A stretch of DNA of 64,000 nt from NCBI GenBank assembly GCA_965261005.1, contig OZ253375.1:2592001-2656000 (forward strand), given 5' to 3'. Positions 1 through 9,953 of the stretch are shown here, one piece after another. The translations under genes were made by a program, and so were the position numbers. How positions within the stretch are numbered: position 1 is the first letter of the stretch; every line of letters begins with the position of its first letter. This DNA is from Deinococcus sp. GTDB taxonomy: Bacteria > Deinococcota > Deinococci > Deinococcales > Deinococcaceae. The notes beneath the pieces were generated by a model, which was not told the origin of the DNA, did not search any database, and was given only the letters and a program-made list of their open reading frames with translations.

Positions 1-1
1 G

Positions 2-376
2 GGCGACGCCGAACTGGACCTCGCGGGGCTGCGGCTCGGGCAGCTGGAGCTGAAGGGCGTCTCCGGCGACGTGAACGTCACGCTGCCGGGCGCCTTCGAC
101 GCCGCCCTGAAGGTGATCAGCGGCGACGTGAACGTGCGCGTGCCCGAGTTGGACGCGCCCAGCAGCCTCACGGCCAGCGCGGTTTCGGGCGATTTGAACG
201 TGCGCGTCCCGCGCGGCGCGGGCGTGCGCCTGGAGACGAGGGCCGGCTTAGGGGACCTGTCGCTGCCGCCGGGCTTCGGGCGCTCGGGGGATGGCTACGT
301 CCGGGCCGGCGCGCCGACCCTCACCCTGCGCCTGAGCACGGTCAGCGGGGACATCAGGGTGAGCGAGGCAAAATGA
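2..376 (+). CDS. DUF4097/LiaG-like beta-strand repeat protein, 5'-truncated by the window edge
   Basis: Frame open from base 2; repeated (V/S)SGD(V/L)xV motifs; stop overlaps the next ATG (ATGA). Confidence 0.6.
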   Translation, partial: GDAELDLAGLRLGQLELKGVSGDVNVTLPGAFDAALKVISGDVNVRVPELDAPSSLTASAVSGDLNVRVPRGAGVRLETRAGLGDLSLPPGFGRSGDGYVRAGAPTLTLRLSTVSGDIRVSEAK

Positions 377-1071
377 CGGACCTTTCGCCCATCCGGGTGC
401 TGCTGGTGGACGACCACGCGGTGGTGCGCGCCGGCCTCAAGCTGTACCTGTCGCTCGACCGCACGCTGGCGGTGGTGGGCGAGGCCGCCAACGGCGCCGA
501 GGCGCTGGAGCGCGCCGCCGAGACCCGGCCGCAGGTGGTCGTGATGGACCTGATGATGCCGGTGATGGACGGCGCGACCGCCACCCGCGAATTGCGCGCC
601 CGCTGGCCGGACACCGAGGTGCTGGCCCTCACCAGCGCCCTAGAGGAGCACAAGGTCAACGGCGCCATTCAGGCGGGCGCGACCGGCTACCTGCTCAAGG
701 ACGCTTCCGGCGACGTGCTGCTGGAGGCCATTCACGCCGCCGCGCGCGGCGAGGTGCGGCTGCACCCCGAGGCGGCCCGGCGGCTCGCGCGCGAGTTCCG
801 CGCGCCGGACATGCGCGAGTCGCTGACCCCGCGTGAACTGCTGACCCTGCAACTGATCGCCCGCGGCCTCAGCAACGCCGACATCGCCCTTGAGCTGGGC
901 GTCGGCGAACCCACCGTCAAGACCCACGTGTCGCGCCTGCTGGGCAAGCTCGGCCTCGCCTCGCGCACCCAGGCGGCCTTGTACGCCCTGCGCCACAGCC
1001 TGGCAACCCTGGACGGCTTGGCGACCTTGGATGGCCCGGTCTTGAATGGTTCGGTCAAGCCGCGAACGTGA
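373..1071 (+). CDS. NarL/LuxR-family response regulator
   Basis: REC domain (LLVDDH..VMDLMMP..YLLKD) plus LuxR HTH (LTPRE..GLSNADIA..TVKTHVS). Confidence 0.93.
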   Translation: MTDLSPIRVLLVDDHAVVRAGLKLYLSLDRTLAVVGEAANGAEALERAAETRPQVVVMDLMMPVMDGATATRELRARWPDTEVLALTSALEEHKVNGAIQAGATGYLLKDASGDVLLEAIHAAARGEVRLHPEAARRLAREFRAPDMRESLTPRELLTLQLIARGLSNADIALELGVGEPTVKTHVSRLLGKLGLASRTQAALYALRHSLATLDGLATLDGPVLNGSVKPRT

Positions 1072-1127
1072 GCCTCACCTTTAGGCTTCTCAGCGCCCGC
1101 GCCGCGCGCATGGTTCTACTCTGAAGC

Positions 1128-1562
1128 GTGCACAAGCTGATCGTCCTATACACACAGCCCGCCGACGAGGCGGCCTTTCTGAAACACTACCGGGAAGTCC
1201 ACACGCCGCTGGTCCTCCAGCTGCCGGGCGTGGCCCAGCTGGAGGTCACCCGCCTGACGGGCGACCCCGGCGGCGGCGAGGGCGCCTACTTCCTGATGGC
1301 CGAGACGACCTTTCCCGACCAAGCCACCTACCAGGCGGCCATGCGCTCGCCGCAACACGCCGCCGTGGTGGAAGACCTCGACAGCTTCGCGCAGGGTCTG
1401 GTGACGCTGCTGGAGGGAACGGACTTGACCACCGACGAAAGCCCGCCGCCACGCCCCAACCACGTTCCCGACCCCGTGCACATCATGGACAAGCAGCGCG
1501 AGATGGACCAGCAAGGCAAGACCGCCTCGGGCGCCTACGAGATCATGGACGATAAGCAGTAA
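1128..1562 (+). CDS. EthD-family reductase
   Basis: KLIVLY..P.D..AF..HYREVHTPLV..LPG signature; TACTCT -10 box just upstream. Confidence 0.8.
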   Translation: MHKLIVLYTQPADEAAFLKHYREVHTPLVLQLPGVAQLEVTRLTGDPGGGEGAYFLMAETTFPDQATYQAAMRSPQHAAVVEDLDSFAQGLVTLLEGTDLTTDESPPPRPNHVPDPVHIMDKQREMDQQGKTASGAYEIMDDKQ

Positions 1563-2238
1563 GAACGGGCGCCGCAAAGTCCCGCACCACCCTGAAGGGC
1601 GCCTCCCCGTCCTGCCTGAGCAGCGTCACGCCCCCGAAGCTGAGCGAGCGGTAGGGCGAGAAGTACGCCCCAAGCTGACTTCTCAACCCCTCCACGTCCT
1701 CGCCCGTGTACGGCTCGACCAGCGTGAAGTGCGGCTCCCAAGTGTCGAGTCCGCGCGGCGTGTGAAACAGCTTCAGGCGGGCACGCTCATAAGGCTCGGG
1801 GGACTTGGCCGAATCTTCTTGAGCAAGCCGTTCGAAGCTCGATTCCGTGACGAAGCGTGCCAAGCGCGAGGCCAGCAGCGTTTGCAGCGCCAGCAGGGTC
1901 GCGCCCGGATCGTAGCGCAGGGCGATCACGCTGCCCCCGTCCCAAGTCACGGCGCGCCCACCCGACAGTTCCAAGCGCGAGCTTGGGGCCAGGCAGGCGC
2001 AGACGGTCGCCACCTCGGTCTCGATCTCGGAAAAGCTGTCCGGGGCGCACCCGAAGGCCTCCACCACCGTGCAGTGAAAGCCGTACTGCCCCGCCTTTTT
2101 CACCCACTCGGGCCGAATCTCGGCTAACTGTTGTACGCCTTTCCCGGCGCGTACGTCGTAGCCGAGGGCGGCGCTGCCGAGCTGGGAGACGGGGTCCTGA
2201 GCGGGCGGAACCAGGTAGACGGCGAAGCGGGTGGTCAT
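1543..2238 (-). CDS. 2H-phosphoesterase superfamily protein (DUF1045-like)
   Basis: RFAVYLVP start, YGFHCT and PHFTL HxT motifs. Confidence 0.65.
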   Translation of the reverse strand: MTTRFAVYLVPPAQDPVSQLGSAALGYDVRAGKGVQQLAEIRPEWVKKAGQYGFHCTVVEAFGCAPDSFSEIETEVATVCACLAPSSRLELSGGRAVTWDGGSVIALRYDPGATLLALQTLLASRLARFVTESSFERLAQEDSAKSPEPYERARLKLFHTPRGLDTWEPHFTLVEPYTGEDVEGLRSQLGAYFSPYRSLSFGGVTLLRQDGEAPFRVVRDFAAPVLTAYRP

Positions 2239-2239
2239 C

Positions 2240-3985
2240 TCAGGCTTTCCGAAACGGCAAATACCTCGGCAGCCAAAAGCGGCCCCGCACGAAAGCCTCG
2301 ATCTCGGCTTCCCCGAGGTCCCCGAGGGTTTCCTCGGTCGCCACGCCGTCGCGCAGCGCCTGGACGGCTACATGGGTGGCGACCTTGACGCTCACCTCGC
2401 GCAAATCGGTCACGCGCGGATAGACCCGCCCCGAGGACAGATCGGTTGCCGCCGCCAGGGCGCTGGCGGCCGTGAGCACCATGTTGTCGGTCACCTCGCG
2501 CGCCCGGCTGATCACCGCCCCGAAGCCCAGACCCGGAAAGACAAAGGCGTTGTTGCCCTGACCCACCGGGCAATCGCGCCCCTCCCAGGTCACGTCCGCG
2601 AAGGGGCTGCCGGTCGCCACGACGGCGCGCCCAGCGGTCCAGCGCACCACGTCCTCCGGCAGGGCCTCGGCGTTGGAGGTCGGGTTCGACAGCGGAAAGA
2701 CGATGGGCCGCTCGGCAAAGGCCAGCAGCGCCGCCACGATGGGCTGCGTGAACAGCCCGCCTACCCCAGAGAGTCCGAGCAGGGCGGTGGCGCGGGCGCT
2801 CTGAATGGTCTCCAGCAAGCTGGGCGTTTCGCCCGCCATCTGCCAACCCGCCACGCGCGCCGGGTCTTGGCCGTAGACCTCTTGGTGCGGCTCCAAATTC
2901 TGGCCCCGGATCAGCAGCCCCTGGCGGTCCACCACCAAGACGCGCGCCCTAGCCCCCGCCTCGCTCAGGCCCGCGCGCAGCAGCCCCTGGGTCAGCGCCC
3001 AAGCCACCCCGATGCCGCCCGCCCCCGCCCCGACCACCACGAAGGTCTGGTCCGTCAGGGCCTCCCCCTTCAGCTGGCAAGCGCCCAGCACGCCGGCCAG
3101 GGCCATCGCGCCGGTGCCCTGAATGTCGTCGTTGAAGCTGGGCAGGGTTTTTCGGTAGCGTTCCAGCACCTCAAAGGCCGTGCCCCGCGCGAAGTCCTCC
3201 CACTGAATCAGCGCCTTGGGATAGCGCGCCCGCACCGCCGCCACGAAGCGGTCGAGAAAGGCCAAATATGGCTCGCCGCTCAGACGCGGATGGCGCACGC
3301 CCAGGTAGAGGGGGTCCTCGCGCAAGTCGGGGCGGTCGGTGCCCACGTCGAGTTCCACCGGCAAGGTCTTGTCCGGCCCCACCCCGCCCGCCACGGTGTA
3401 GATGCTGAGCTTCCCAATCGAGATGGCCATGCCGCCAAACCCCTGGTCGCCGAGGCCCAGAATGGCGCTGGAGTCGGTCGCCACGATCATTCGCACGTCG
3501 TCAATGGGCACGTTGGCGAGGGCCTGCTCGACCCGGTCAATCGTCTCCGTTGAGACGCAAAACCCCCTCGGCAAGCGGTAGATGTGCGAAAAGACCCGCA
3601 CCGCCTCGCCCACGGTCGGCGTGTAGAGGATCGGCAGCATCTCCTCCAAGTGGTCCTCTAAGAGAGCGAAGAACAGCACCTCGTTGCGGTCCTGGATGTT
3701 GCGCAGGTAGACGTGCTTCTCCAGGTCGGTCGGTTGCAGACGGTAGCGGCCGTAGGCGCGCTCCTTTTGCTCCTCCACGCTGCTGACGTGCGGCGGAATC
3801 AGGCCGTCGAGGTCAAGCAGCTGCCGTTCCTCGGGCGTAAAGGCCGTGCTCTTGTTGAGCAGCGGCAAGCGCAGCATCGAGAAGCCGGTGACCTTCACCT
3901 CCAGGTAACGCTCTCCCCGCTCGTCGCGCTTCACGTCGTAGTACCGGCTGATCTGGACGTTGCGCCGAGACCGACTGATGGTCAT
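2240..3985 (-). CDS. maeA: NAD-dependent malic enzyme
   Basis: [49 protein letters not shown]; start reassigned to ATG 3985 after a GGAGG RBS. Confidence 0.93.
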   Translation of the reverse strand: MTISRSRRNVQISRYYDVKRDERGERYLEVKVTGFSMLRLPLLNKSTAFTPEERQLLDLDGLIPPHVSSVEEQKERAYGRYRLQPTDLEKHVYLRNIQDRNEVLFFALLEDHLEEMLPILYTPTVGEAVRVFSHIYRLPRGFCVSTETIDRVEQALANVPIDDVRMIVATDSSAILGLGDQGFGGMAISIGKLSIYTVAGGVGPDKTLPVELDVGTDRPDLREDPLYLGVRHPRLSGEPYLAFLDRFVAAVRARYPKALIQWEDFARGTAFEVLERYRKTLPSFNDDIQGTGAMALAGVLGACQLKGEALTDQTFVVVGAGAGGIGVAWALTQGLLRAGLSEAGARARVLVVDRQGLLIRGQNLEPHQEVYGQDPARVAGWQMAGETPSLLETIQSARATALLGLSGVGGLFTQPIVAALLAFAERPIVFPLSNPTSNAEALPEDVVRWTAGRAVVATGSPFADVTWEGRDCPVGQGNNAFVFPGLGFGAVISRAREVTDNMVLTAASALAAATDLSSGRVYPRVTDLREVSVKVATHVAVQALRDGVATEETLGDLGEAEIEAFVRGRFWLPRYLPFRKA

Positions 3986-4090
3986 GAATACCTCCAAACA
4001 CCGTTCAGAATACGGGAAGAGGTGAGCTGGACGGCGAGACTGGGTTCGGCGTCGGATGTAAGACGGGAAGGTAAGGCATAGAGTTAAGGC

Positions 4091-4432
4091 ATGACGGACG
4101 TGACCGCCAAAATCACCAGCAAGGGCCAGCTCACCCTGCCCCGCGAAGTGCGCGATCTTTTGGGCGTTCAGAGCGGCGACCGGGTGCGCTTTGAGCTGGA
4201 AAGCGGCGCCGTTCGCCTGTACCCTGAACGCGACACCCCCAGCTTTCGCGACATGCTGGGGACCGCGCCGCTCCCGGCGGGTCAGGACGCCCTCGGCGTG
4301 GTGGAGGCTCTGCGCCACGGTCCTGCTGAAGAAGCCGCTTTGCGCGCCGCGCCGGCCCATCCCCACGTGACCCTCAACACCGCAGATTACGGCGACTTCC
4401 CAGAAGTGACGCTGCTCACGGTGCGCCCGTAG
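4091..4432 (+). CDS. AbrB/MazE-family antitoxin with a PIN-like C-terminal tail
   Basis: [29 protein letters not shown] swapped-hairpin motif. Confidence 0.85.
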   Translation: MTDVTAKITSKGQLTLPREVRDLLGVQSGDRVRFELESGAVRLYPERDTPSFRDMLGTAPLPAGQDALGVVEALRHGPAEEAALRAAPAHPHVTLNTADYGDFPEVTLLTVRP

Positions 4433-4775
4433 CCTCCAGCATGGCCCGCCACGCCTCCGGCACCTCGCCGTAGCTGAGCTGCTTCCCGAGCCGCACCAGG
4501 GGCAGCTTGAGCAACTCGGGGTGCTGGGTGACCCGCTGAATCAGGCCCTCCTCCGACACGCGCAGGTAGGCCAAGTTCTGCTTTTCGTAAGCTTTGCCCT
4601 CCAGATCGAGCAGGGCCGTCAGGCCGAATTTCTGCGTGAAGCGCGCGAGTTCCCCCCGCGCGATGGGCCGCTGGGCCAAGTCCACGAAGATGACGCGCAA
4701 GCGCCTCTCCTTGAAAAAGCGCTCGGCGGCGCGGGTCGCGGCGGACTTTTTGAGGCCAAAAATCTGCACGTCCAT
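4416..4775 (-). CDS. ArsC/Spx/MgsR-family protein
   Basis: [19 protein letters not shown]...[11 protein letters not shown]. Confidence 0.8.
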   Translation of the reverse strand: MDVQIFGLKKSAATRAAERFFKERRLRVIFVDLAQRPIARGELARFTQKFGLTALLDLEGKAYEKQNLAYLRVSEEGLIQRVTQHPELLKLPLVRLGKQLSYGEVPEAWRAMLEATGAP

Positions 4776-4801
4776 GTGGCTATGCTACGGGGCGAAACGG
4801 C

Positions 4802-6022
4802 TCACTCGCGCGGATTCACTCGCTCCAGCACGCGCGCAAAGGCGTCCACCACCCGGTCAATCTGCTCGCGGCTGATAATCAGCGGCGGCAGGAAGCGCAC
4901 CACCAAGGGGGTCGCCTGGAGGGTCAGCACGCCCTCGTCGTGTTCCAGGGCGGCGATGTAGGGGGCGCTCTTTTCCTTCAGCTCCACGCCGATCATCAGG
5001 CCCAGACCGCGCACCTCGCGGATTTTGGGGGACGGTATGGCGCGCAACTTCTCCATGAAGTAGGCGCCCTTGTCGGCCGCCTGCTCCCACAGCTTCTCTC
5101 GCTTCATGAAGCGGATGGCCGCCACGCCCGCCGCCATCGCGAGGGGATTGCCGCCAAAGGTGGTGCCGTGGCCCCCCTTGGGCATCCTGTCCGCGACCCC
5201 GGCCGTCATGGCGAAGGCGCCGATGGGCACGCCCCCCGCCATCGCCTTGGCGAGCGTGATGCCGTCCGGGGTCACGCCGAAGTGCTCCAGCGCGAACATC
5301 TTGCCGGTGCGGCAAAAGCCGGTCTGAATCTCGTCGAGGATCAGCAGGGCGCCCTGCTCCTTTGTCACCTCGCGCGCCGCGCGTACAAATTCCACGTCCG
5401 CCGGGCGCACGCCGCCCTCGCCCTGCACGGGTTCGAGCAGCACGGCGGCGGTCTCGTCGGTCACGGCCGCGCGCAGCTCCTCAATGTTGCCGTAAGTGAC
5501 GAAGGTGACGTTCTTGTCGTCCACCGCGTCGCCGAAGGGAGCGCGGTACTTGGGTTCCCAAGTCAGGGCCAGCGCGCCCAGCGTGCGCCCCGAGAAGCCG
5601 CGCTTGAAGGCGACGAACTTGCTGCGTCCGCCGCTTCCCGTGATGGCGAACTTCTTGGCCGCCTCGACCGCCTCGGTGCCCGAGTTGCACAAAAAGACCC
5701 GGTCAAGCCCGTCCGGCAAGACGCTGACCAGCTCGGCCAGAAACTCGGCGCGCTTATCGTTGGGCAGGGTCTGCGGCATCACCATCAGGGTGGCGGCCTG
5801 CTCCTGCACGGCACGCACCACGTCGGGGTTGCTGTGGCCCACGTTGGCGACCCCGTAGCCCGCCACGCAGTCAATGTAGCTGCGCCCCTCGGTGTCCCAC
5901 ACCACGGCGCCCTCGCCGCGCGCCGTCACGATGGCGTGCTTGGTGTACACGCCGCTGTCATAGCGGTTCTCCAAGTCGAGCCAGTTGTGCTGCTGATCTT
6001 GCTGCGTCTCGGTTGCGGTCAT
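4802..6022 (-). CDS. lysJ: [LysW]-aminoadipate semialdehyde transaminase (class III aminotransferase)
   Basis: [39 protein letters not shown]; lys cluster context. Confidence 0.88.
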   Translation of the reverse strand: MTATETQQDQQHNWLDLENRYDSGVYTKHAIVTARGEGAVVWDTEGRSYIDCVAGYGVANVGHSNPDVVRAVQEQAATLMVMPQTLPNDKRAEFLAELVSVLPDGLDRVFLCNSGTEAVEAAKKFAITGSGGRSKFVAFKRGFSGRTLGALALTWEPKYRAPFGDAVDDKNVTFVTYGNIEELRAAVTDETAAVLLEPVQGEGGVRPADVEFVRAAREVTKEQGALLILDEIQTGFCRTGKMFALEHFGVTPDGITLAKAMAGGVPIGAFAMTAGVADRMPKGGHGTTFGGNPLAMAAGVAAIRFMKREKLWEQAADKGAYFMEKLRAIPSPKIREVRGLGLMIGVELKEKSAPYIAALEHDEGVLTLQATPLVVRFLPPLIISREQIDRVVDAFARVLERVNPRE

Positions 6023-6088
6023 GCGGTCCTCCTTGTGGTGGCCCCAGTGTAGCCCCAGCGCGCCCGTGCGCCCGGTCCCGCCGCACCA

Positions 6089-6538
6089 TTACAACTTGAG
6101 GTCGTAGCCGTAAAACTTTTCTTCACGCACCCAGCCGTGGGCCTCGTAGACGCGCTGGGCGGTGAGGTTGCCAATCTCGGTTCGCAAACTGAGCCGCAGC
6201 GCGCCCGTCTCCAAACCGAACTGCCGCGCCGCCTCCAAGAGCGCCGTCCCGACCCCCCGCCCGCGCCCCGCCGGGTCCACGAACAGGTCGTTTAGAATCC
6301 AGACGCGTCCCAGGCCGACTGAAGAAAAGGACGGGTAGAGCTGGGTGAAGCCCAGGGCTTGGTCGCCTGAAAGCGCCAGAAAGACGACCGACTCGTTTTG
6401 CTCAAGCCGGGCTTGCAAGAAGTCGCGGGCGGCAAGGTCGCTCTCCCGCTGGTAAAAGACGCGGTAGGCGCCAAACAGCGGCGCGAGAACGTCCAGGTCG
6501 GCAAGGCCCGCGCGCCTCACCGACAACTCGCCGCTCAC
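6089..6538 (-). CDS. GNAT N-acetyltransferase
   Basis: WILNDLFV..GRGRGVGTALL acetyl-CoA motif. Confidence 0.88.
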   Translation of the reverse strand: MSGELSVRRAGLADLDVLAPLFGAYRVFYQRESDLAARDFLQARLEQNESVVFLALSGDQALGFTQLYPSFSSVGLGRVWILNDLFVDPAGRGRGVGTALLEAARQFGLETGALRLSLRTEIGNLTAQRVYEAHGWVREEKFYGYDLKL

Positions 6539-7125
6539 GCCCCGTCCCCAGGCTTCGGCGGCAATTGCCGCAGCTGCGCCCGCAAAGCGCTGGTATCCAC
6601 CTCGGGCGCGGTGATCTCCATGTACACGTCATCAAAACGCTCACCGCCCAGCACCACCCGCCCGGTGCGCCGCCCGATCTCGCGAAAGCCCACCTTCTTG
6701 TAGGCGCGAATCGCCCGCTCGTTGTAGGAAAAGACCCGCAGCTCGATGTTGAAGAGGTTGAGGTGGTACATCCCGTAGGCGACCATCAGCCGGGTCGCCT
6801 CGGAGCCGTAGCCGGCGCCCCAATCGGTGGGGTCGAAGATGGCGATGCCGAAGGTGGCCGCGCCGTGGCGGTGGTCAATGTCGCGCAAATCCGTGCTGCC
6901 CACGATGCGCCCGCCGGCCTTTTCGTAGATGCCGAAGTTGACGCCGCCCCTGCCCAGACTCTCGAACCAAGCCTGCTCGTCCTCCAAGCTGTAGGCCCGC
7001 CCGGAGCTGCCCAGGTAGGTGGTCAGCTCCAAGTTCGAGAAGTGCTTGGTCACCTCGGGCACGTCCTCGCGCCGGACGCGCGCCAGAAAGATGTTTTCGC
7101 CGCTCAGGGCGGGAATGGGGTCCAT
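6535..7125 (-). CDS. GNAT acetyltransferase, RimJ/RimL family
   Basis: WGAGYGSEA, NERAIRAYKKVGF; start set to ATG 7125, 5 nt after a TACACT box. Confidence 0.85.
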   Translation of the reverse strand: MDPIPALSGENIFLARVRREDVPEVTKHFSNLELTTYLGSSGRAYSLEDEQAWFESLGRGGVNFGIYEKAGGRIVGSTDLRDIDHRHGAATFGIAIFDPTDWGAGYGSEATRLMVAYGMYHLNLFNIELRVFSYNERAIRAYKKVGFREIGRRTGRVVLGGERFDDVYMEITAPEVDTSALRAQLRQLPPKPGDGA

Positions 7126-7130
7126 GCCGG

Positions 7131-7140
7131 AGTGTACACT
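7131..7140. promoter_or_regulatory. Palindromic AGTGTACACT giving a TACACT -10 box on both strands
   Basis: Perfect 10-bp palindrome between divergent ATGs at 7125 (-) and 7148 (+). Confidence 0.65.
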
Positions 7141-7147
7141 GGCCCGC

Positions 7148-7366
7148 ATGACCGACCCCGACAACCTGACCGACACAGACAACCTGACCGACACCGAGGC
7201 CAACCTGCTGAGGGACGGCCCGACCTTTGACGAGGCGGGCGACCTCGCCACCGACGACAAACTGGTGAACGCGGACGTGCGCGGCACGGTGGGGGACGCG
7301 GGCAACAACCCCGGCGCGCGGGACGGGGCGGGGCAAGAGCGCTTCAAGGAGATAGACGCCGAGTAA
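7148..7366 (+). CDS. Small acidic hypothetical protein (72 aa)
   Basis: MTDPDNLTDTDNLTDTEAN...; ATG 7 nt after TACACT; host-like codon usage. Confidence 0.6.
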   Translation: MTDPDNLTDTDNLTDTEANLLRDGPTFDEAGDLATDDKLVNADVRGTVGDAGNNPGARDGAGQERFKEIDAE

Positions 7367-7376
7367 CTCCCCGCGC

Positions 7377-7718
7377 TCAGGGCTGCGGCTCCACCACCAC
7401 CGCCGTGCCGTAGGCCAGCACCTCGGTCACGCCGTCGGTGATCTCGTTGGCGTCATAGCGCATGGCGAGAATGGCGTTGGCGCCCCGCTCCTGGGCGTGC
7501 TGAACCAGCAGCTCGAACGCCTCTTCGCGCGCCTTTTCGGCCAGCTCGGTGTAGAGGGTGATGTTGCCGCCCAGCAGCGTTTGCAAGGACGCGCCGAGGT
7601 TGCCCAGCACGCTGCGCGAGCGCACGGTCAGGCCGCGCACCACGCCGAGGTGGCGCACCACTTTGTAGCCTGAGAGTTCGTTGGTCGTCGTGACGATTAA
7701 TTCCGTGTGCCTTGTCAT
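7377..7718 (-). CDS. YbjQ/UPF0145-family protein
   Basis: [23 protein letters not shown]...GANAI.AMRYD...[12 protein letters not shown]. Confidence 0.9.
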   Translation of the reverse strand: MTRHTELIVTTTNELSGYKVVRHLGVVRGLTVRSRSVLGNLGASLQTLLGGNITLYTELAEKAREEAFELLVQHAQERGANAILAMRYDANEITDGVTEVLAYGTAVVVEPQP

Positions 7719-7764
7719 GCTGAACCTCCACCCCCGAATACGCGCAGGAACGTCGGCGCGTTCC

Positions 7765-7969
7765 TCATACGGATTCCGCTTTATTCCGTACACTCCGCAG
7801 ACAGCGCTCCGTGTACTCCATGCCGCAAAATCCGTATGTTTTCCCAACTCGCGCCAAGCGAAGAGGAAGCGACATTGTTGACGTTCTGTCGTGGGCGTTT
7901 CAAGCCGCTCTCGCGGCTCGTGCTCGAAAAATTTCCGATGAGGTTCGGAAATTTTCGGAATCCGTATCA
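7765..7969. mobile_element. MITE-like / Deinococcus short non-coding repeat with ATACGGATTCCG terminal inverted repeats
   Basis: Left end TCATACGGATTCCG, right end CGGAATCCGTATCA; internal hairpin at about 7926-7956; no credible CDS inside. Confidence 0.75.
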
Positions 7970-8770
7970 GTTCACCACCGTGCCGCGCCCCGCCAGCGCC
8001 GCGCTGAGTGGCTCTCCCGCCCGCGCGTCGCCGAAGACCACCCGGCCCACCCCGCCCGCCACCGCCTCGGCGGCGCCCAGCACCTTTTTCTTCATGCGGT
8101 CCTGGGCGAACGCCAGGTAGTCCTGTACCCGGTCGGCCGGGATGCGCTCGATCAAGCTGGCCTCGTCGGGAAAGTCGCGCAGCAGGCCCGGCACGTTGGA
8201 CAGCAGCAGCAGCGCGTCCGCCCCCAGAGCCACTGCCAAGGCCGCCGCCGCGCGGTCGCCGTCCACGTTGATGGCCGTCCCCTCATAGCTGGCAGCCGGC
8301 GGCGTCAAGACGGGCAGATAACCCGCCCCCAGCAGCAGTTCGACCAACTCCGTGTTGACCCGTTCCACCGTGCCGGTGTAATCGCCGCGCAGAATCTTGA
8401 CCTTGCCGTTCTCCACCGCCCGCACGCTCTCCTTGTGCTTGCCCTCGAAGATGCGCCCGTCGAGGCCCGACAAGCCCACCGCGTTCACGCCCAGGCGCTG
8501 CAAGCGCTCCACAACGCCCTTGTTGACCTTGCCGCAGTACACCATCTCGAAGATCTCCAGCGTCCCCCTGTCCGTGAAGCGCGAGGTATACCCGCTGGGC
8601 GAGGTGACGAACTTGGGCGGGTGGCCGAGCTGTTCGGCAATCCGGTTGGTTTCCCCGCTGCCGCCATGCACCAAAACCAGGCGCGTGCCGGTCTTCCACA
8701 GCCGGGCGACGTCGGCGCACACCGCGTCCATGTCGATGCCGGCGGACCCGCCCACTTTGACGACGATCAT
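7967..8770 (-). CDS. lysZ: [LysW]-aminoadipate kinase
   Basis: [43 protein letters not shown]. Confidence 0.9.
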   Translation of the reverse strand: MIVVKVGGSAGIDMDAVCADVARLWKTGTRLVLVHGGSGETNRIAEQLGHPPKFVTSPSGYTSRFTDRGTLEIFEMVYCGKVNKGVVERLQRLGVNAVGLSGLDGRIFEGKHKESVRAVENGKVKILRGDYTGTVERVNTELVELLLGAGYLPVLTPPAASYEGTAINVDGDRAAAALAVALGADALLLLSNVPGLLRDFPDEASLIERIPADRVQDYLAFAQDRMKKKVLGAAEAVAGGVGRVVFGDARAGEPLSAALAGRGTVVN

Positions 8771-8916
8771 GGCAAGCATCCTAACGCGAATAAACGGGTC
8801 CCCGAAGGCGCCTCCCTTGCTCCTGGCGCGGGTGTTCGGGCCGCCGCGTGTACGAAACTTTATTTCGCTTCTGAAGTAACGCTGCTTTAATGAAGGCAGA
8901 TTAAAGATTCGGTCAG

Positions 8917-8998
8917 CTTTCCACGACAACGGCAAACCCGCCGCAAGGCGGAGACGCAAAGCCACGGGACCCTCGCGGTCGGCCGGGCCACCGAAAGG
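8917..8998 (+). ncRNA. Cyclic di-GMP-I (GEMM) riboswitch
   Basis: GGCAAACCCGCC-GCAA-GGCGGAGACGCAAAGCCACGGGACC...GGTCGGCCGGGCCACCGAA matches the GEMM-I core (GGCAAACC, GNRA loop, GACGCAAAGC, 3' CCG). Confidence 0.82.
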
Positions 8999-9005
8999 AC
9001 ATAGC

Positions 9006-9392
9006 ATGCCTTACTCTTCTGTCAACGCTGTCGAGCGCCGTGAGTTTGCCCCCGGAGAAGTTTCAAGACCCTTGTGCAGCGTTGAAGAACGCAGCGGCGT
9101 CATGCTGATCGGCGCCTTGGAGCTGTTGGTGCTGACGTTACTCGAAGACGAGCCGCTGTGCGGCGTGCAGCTTTTGCGCGAGGTGCAGCGCGTCCAGCGC
9201 GGGTCGCCGCGCCCGCTCGCGTTCCGTCCGGCCCACCTGCATCCCGCGCTGACCGATCTGCGCAACGCCGGCTTGCTGGAAGTAAGCTGGCGCCCGGCCC
9301 CGAGCGGTGAGGCGCTCAGGGTGTATTACGGCCTGTCGGCCGAGGGCCTGACCGCGCTGTACGGCGCCTACTTCCGCGCCCGCGCCAGCTGA
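9006..9392 (+). CDS. PadR-like winged-helix regulator (divergent)
   Basis: LELLVLTLLEDEPL.G..L, LHPAL..L...GLL...W, R.YY.LS.EG. Confidence 0.7.
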   Translation: MPYSSVNAVERREFAPGEVSRPLCSVEERSGVMLIGALELLVLTLLEDEPLCGVQLLREVQRVQRGSPRPLAFRPAHLHPALTDLRNAGLLEVSWRPAPSGEALRVYYGLSAEGLTALYGAYFRARAS

Positions 9393-9416
9393 ATCTCTTT
9401 CCTTCAGGACCGCCGC

Positions 9417-9953
9417 TCAAGTTGCCCCTCTGTCCGGCGAATAAAGTTCCGGGCGCAGCATGGGGGCCAGCGCCAGCGCCAGCGCCCCACGCCACACGTC
9501 GGCCCGCTCGACCAGACCGTTCGTGAGGTAGCCGACCGCGCCCATCTTGCGCTTGTTGTCCTGCACGCCGCTCAGCTCGTCCATCACCGGGCCGAGTTCC
9601 TCGCCGGTTCGCACGCGCCGGGCCACCTCCGGCGGCAGCTCCAAACTGGCCGAGCGCGCGAAGCTTTCCCGCCCCCTGTGAACGACGGCCGCGACACCGA
9701 ACAGCCAGCCCCGCCCGTCCAAATCGAACTCGACGCCGCCTTCCAAGCCGACGCCCCAGGTGGCGCCCGCCACGGCCAGCGCCCCGCGCGCCCGCTGGCG
9801 GGCGCCGGCCAGCGTCTCCCCGAAGCCGATGGGCTGCTCGGGCACGCCCGAAGAAACGTTCTGACCCACGACCTCCAACTCGGGCGCGACTTGCCCGAAC
9901 ACCTCGCGCGTGGGCCGCAGCTTGGCGGGATTGGTCGAGCCGACCACGATCAC
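9417..9953 (-). CDS. yjjX: Non-canonical purine NTP phosphatase (DUF84/YjjX)
   Basis: VVGSTNPAK, V.SGVPEQP.G..ET..GARQRA, GLEGGV, ELGPVMD. Confidence 0.88.
   Translation of the reverse strand: MIVVGSTNPAKLRPTREVFGQVAPELEVVGQNVSSGVPEQPIGFGETLAGARQRARGALAVAGATWGVGLEGGVEFDLDGRGWLFGVAAVVHRGRESFARSASLELPPEVARRVRTGEELGPVMDELSGVQDNKRKMGAVGYLTNGLVERADVWRGALALALAPMLRPELYSPDRGAT

Noticed and set aside
1000..1035. Short in-frame tandem duplications (LATLDG x2 here; DNLTDT x2 near 7160; VLGE x2 near 61660)
   Set aside because: Ordinary slippage at protein termini, with no shared sequence
3986..4366. Extended N-terminus of the malic enzyme ORF (likewise for lysZ, lysT, lysX and lysU in the ORF track)
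   Set aside because: The extensions overlap other features; RBS or -10 boxes and family homology support the downstream starts
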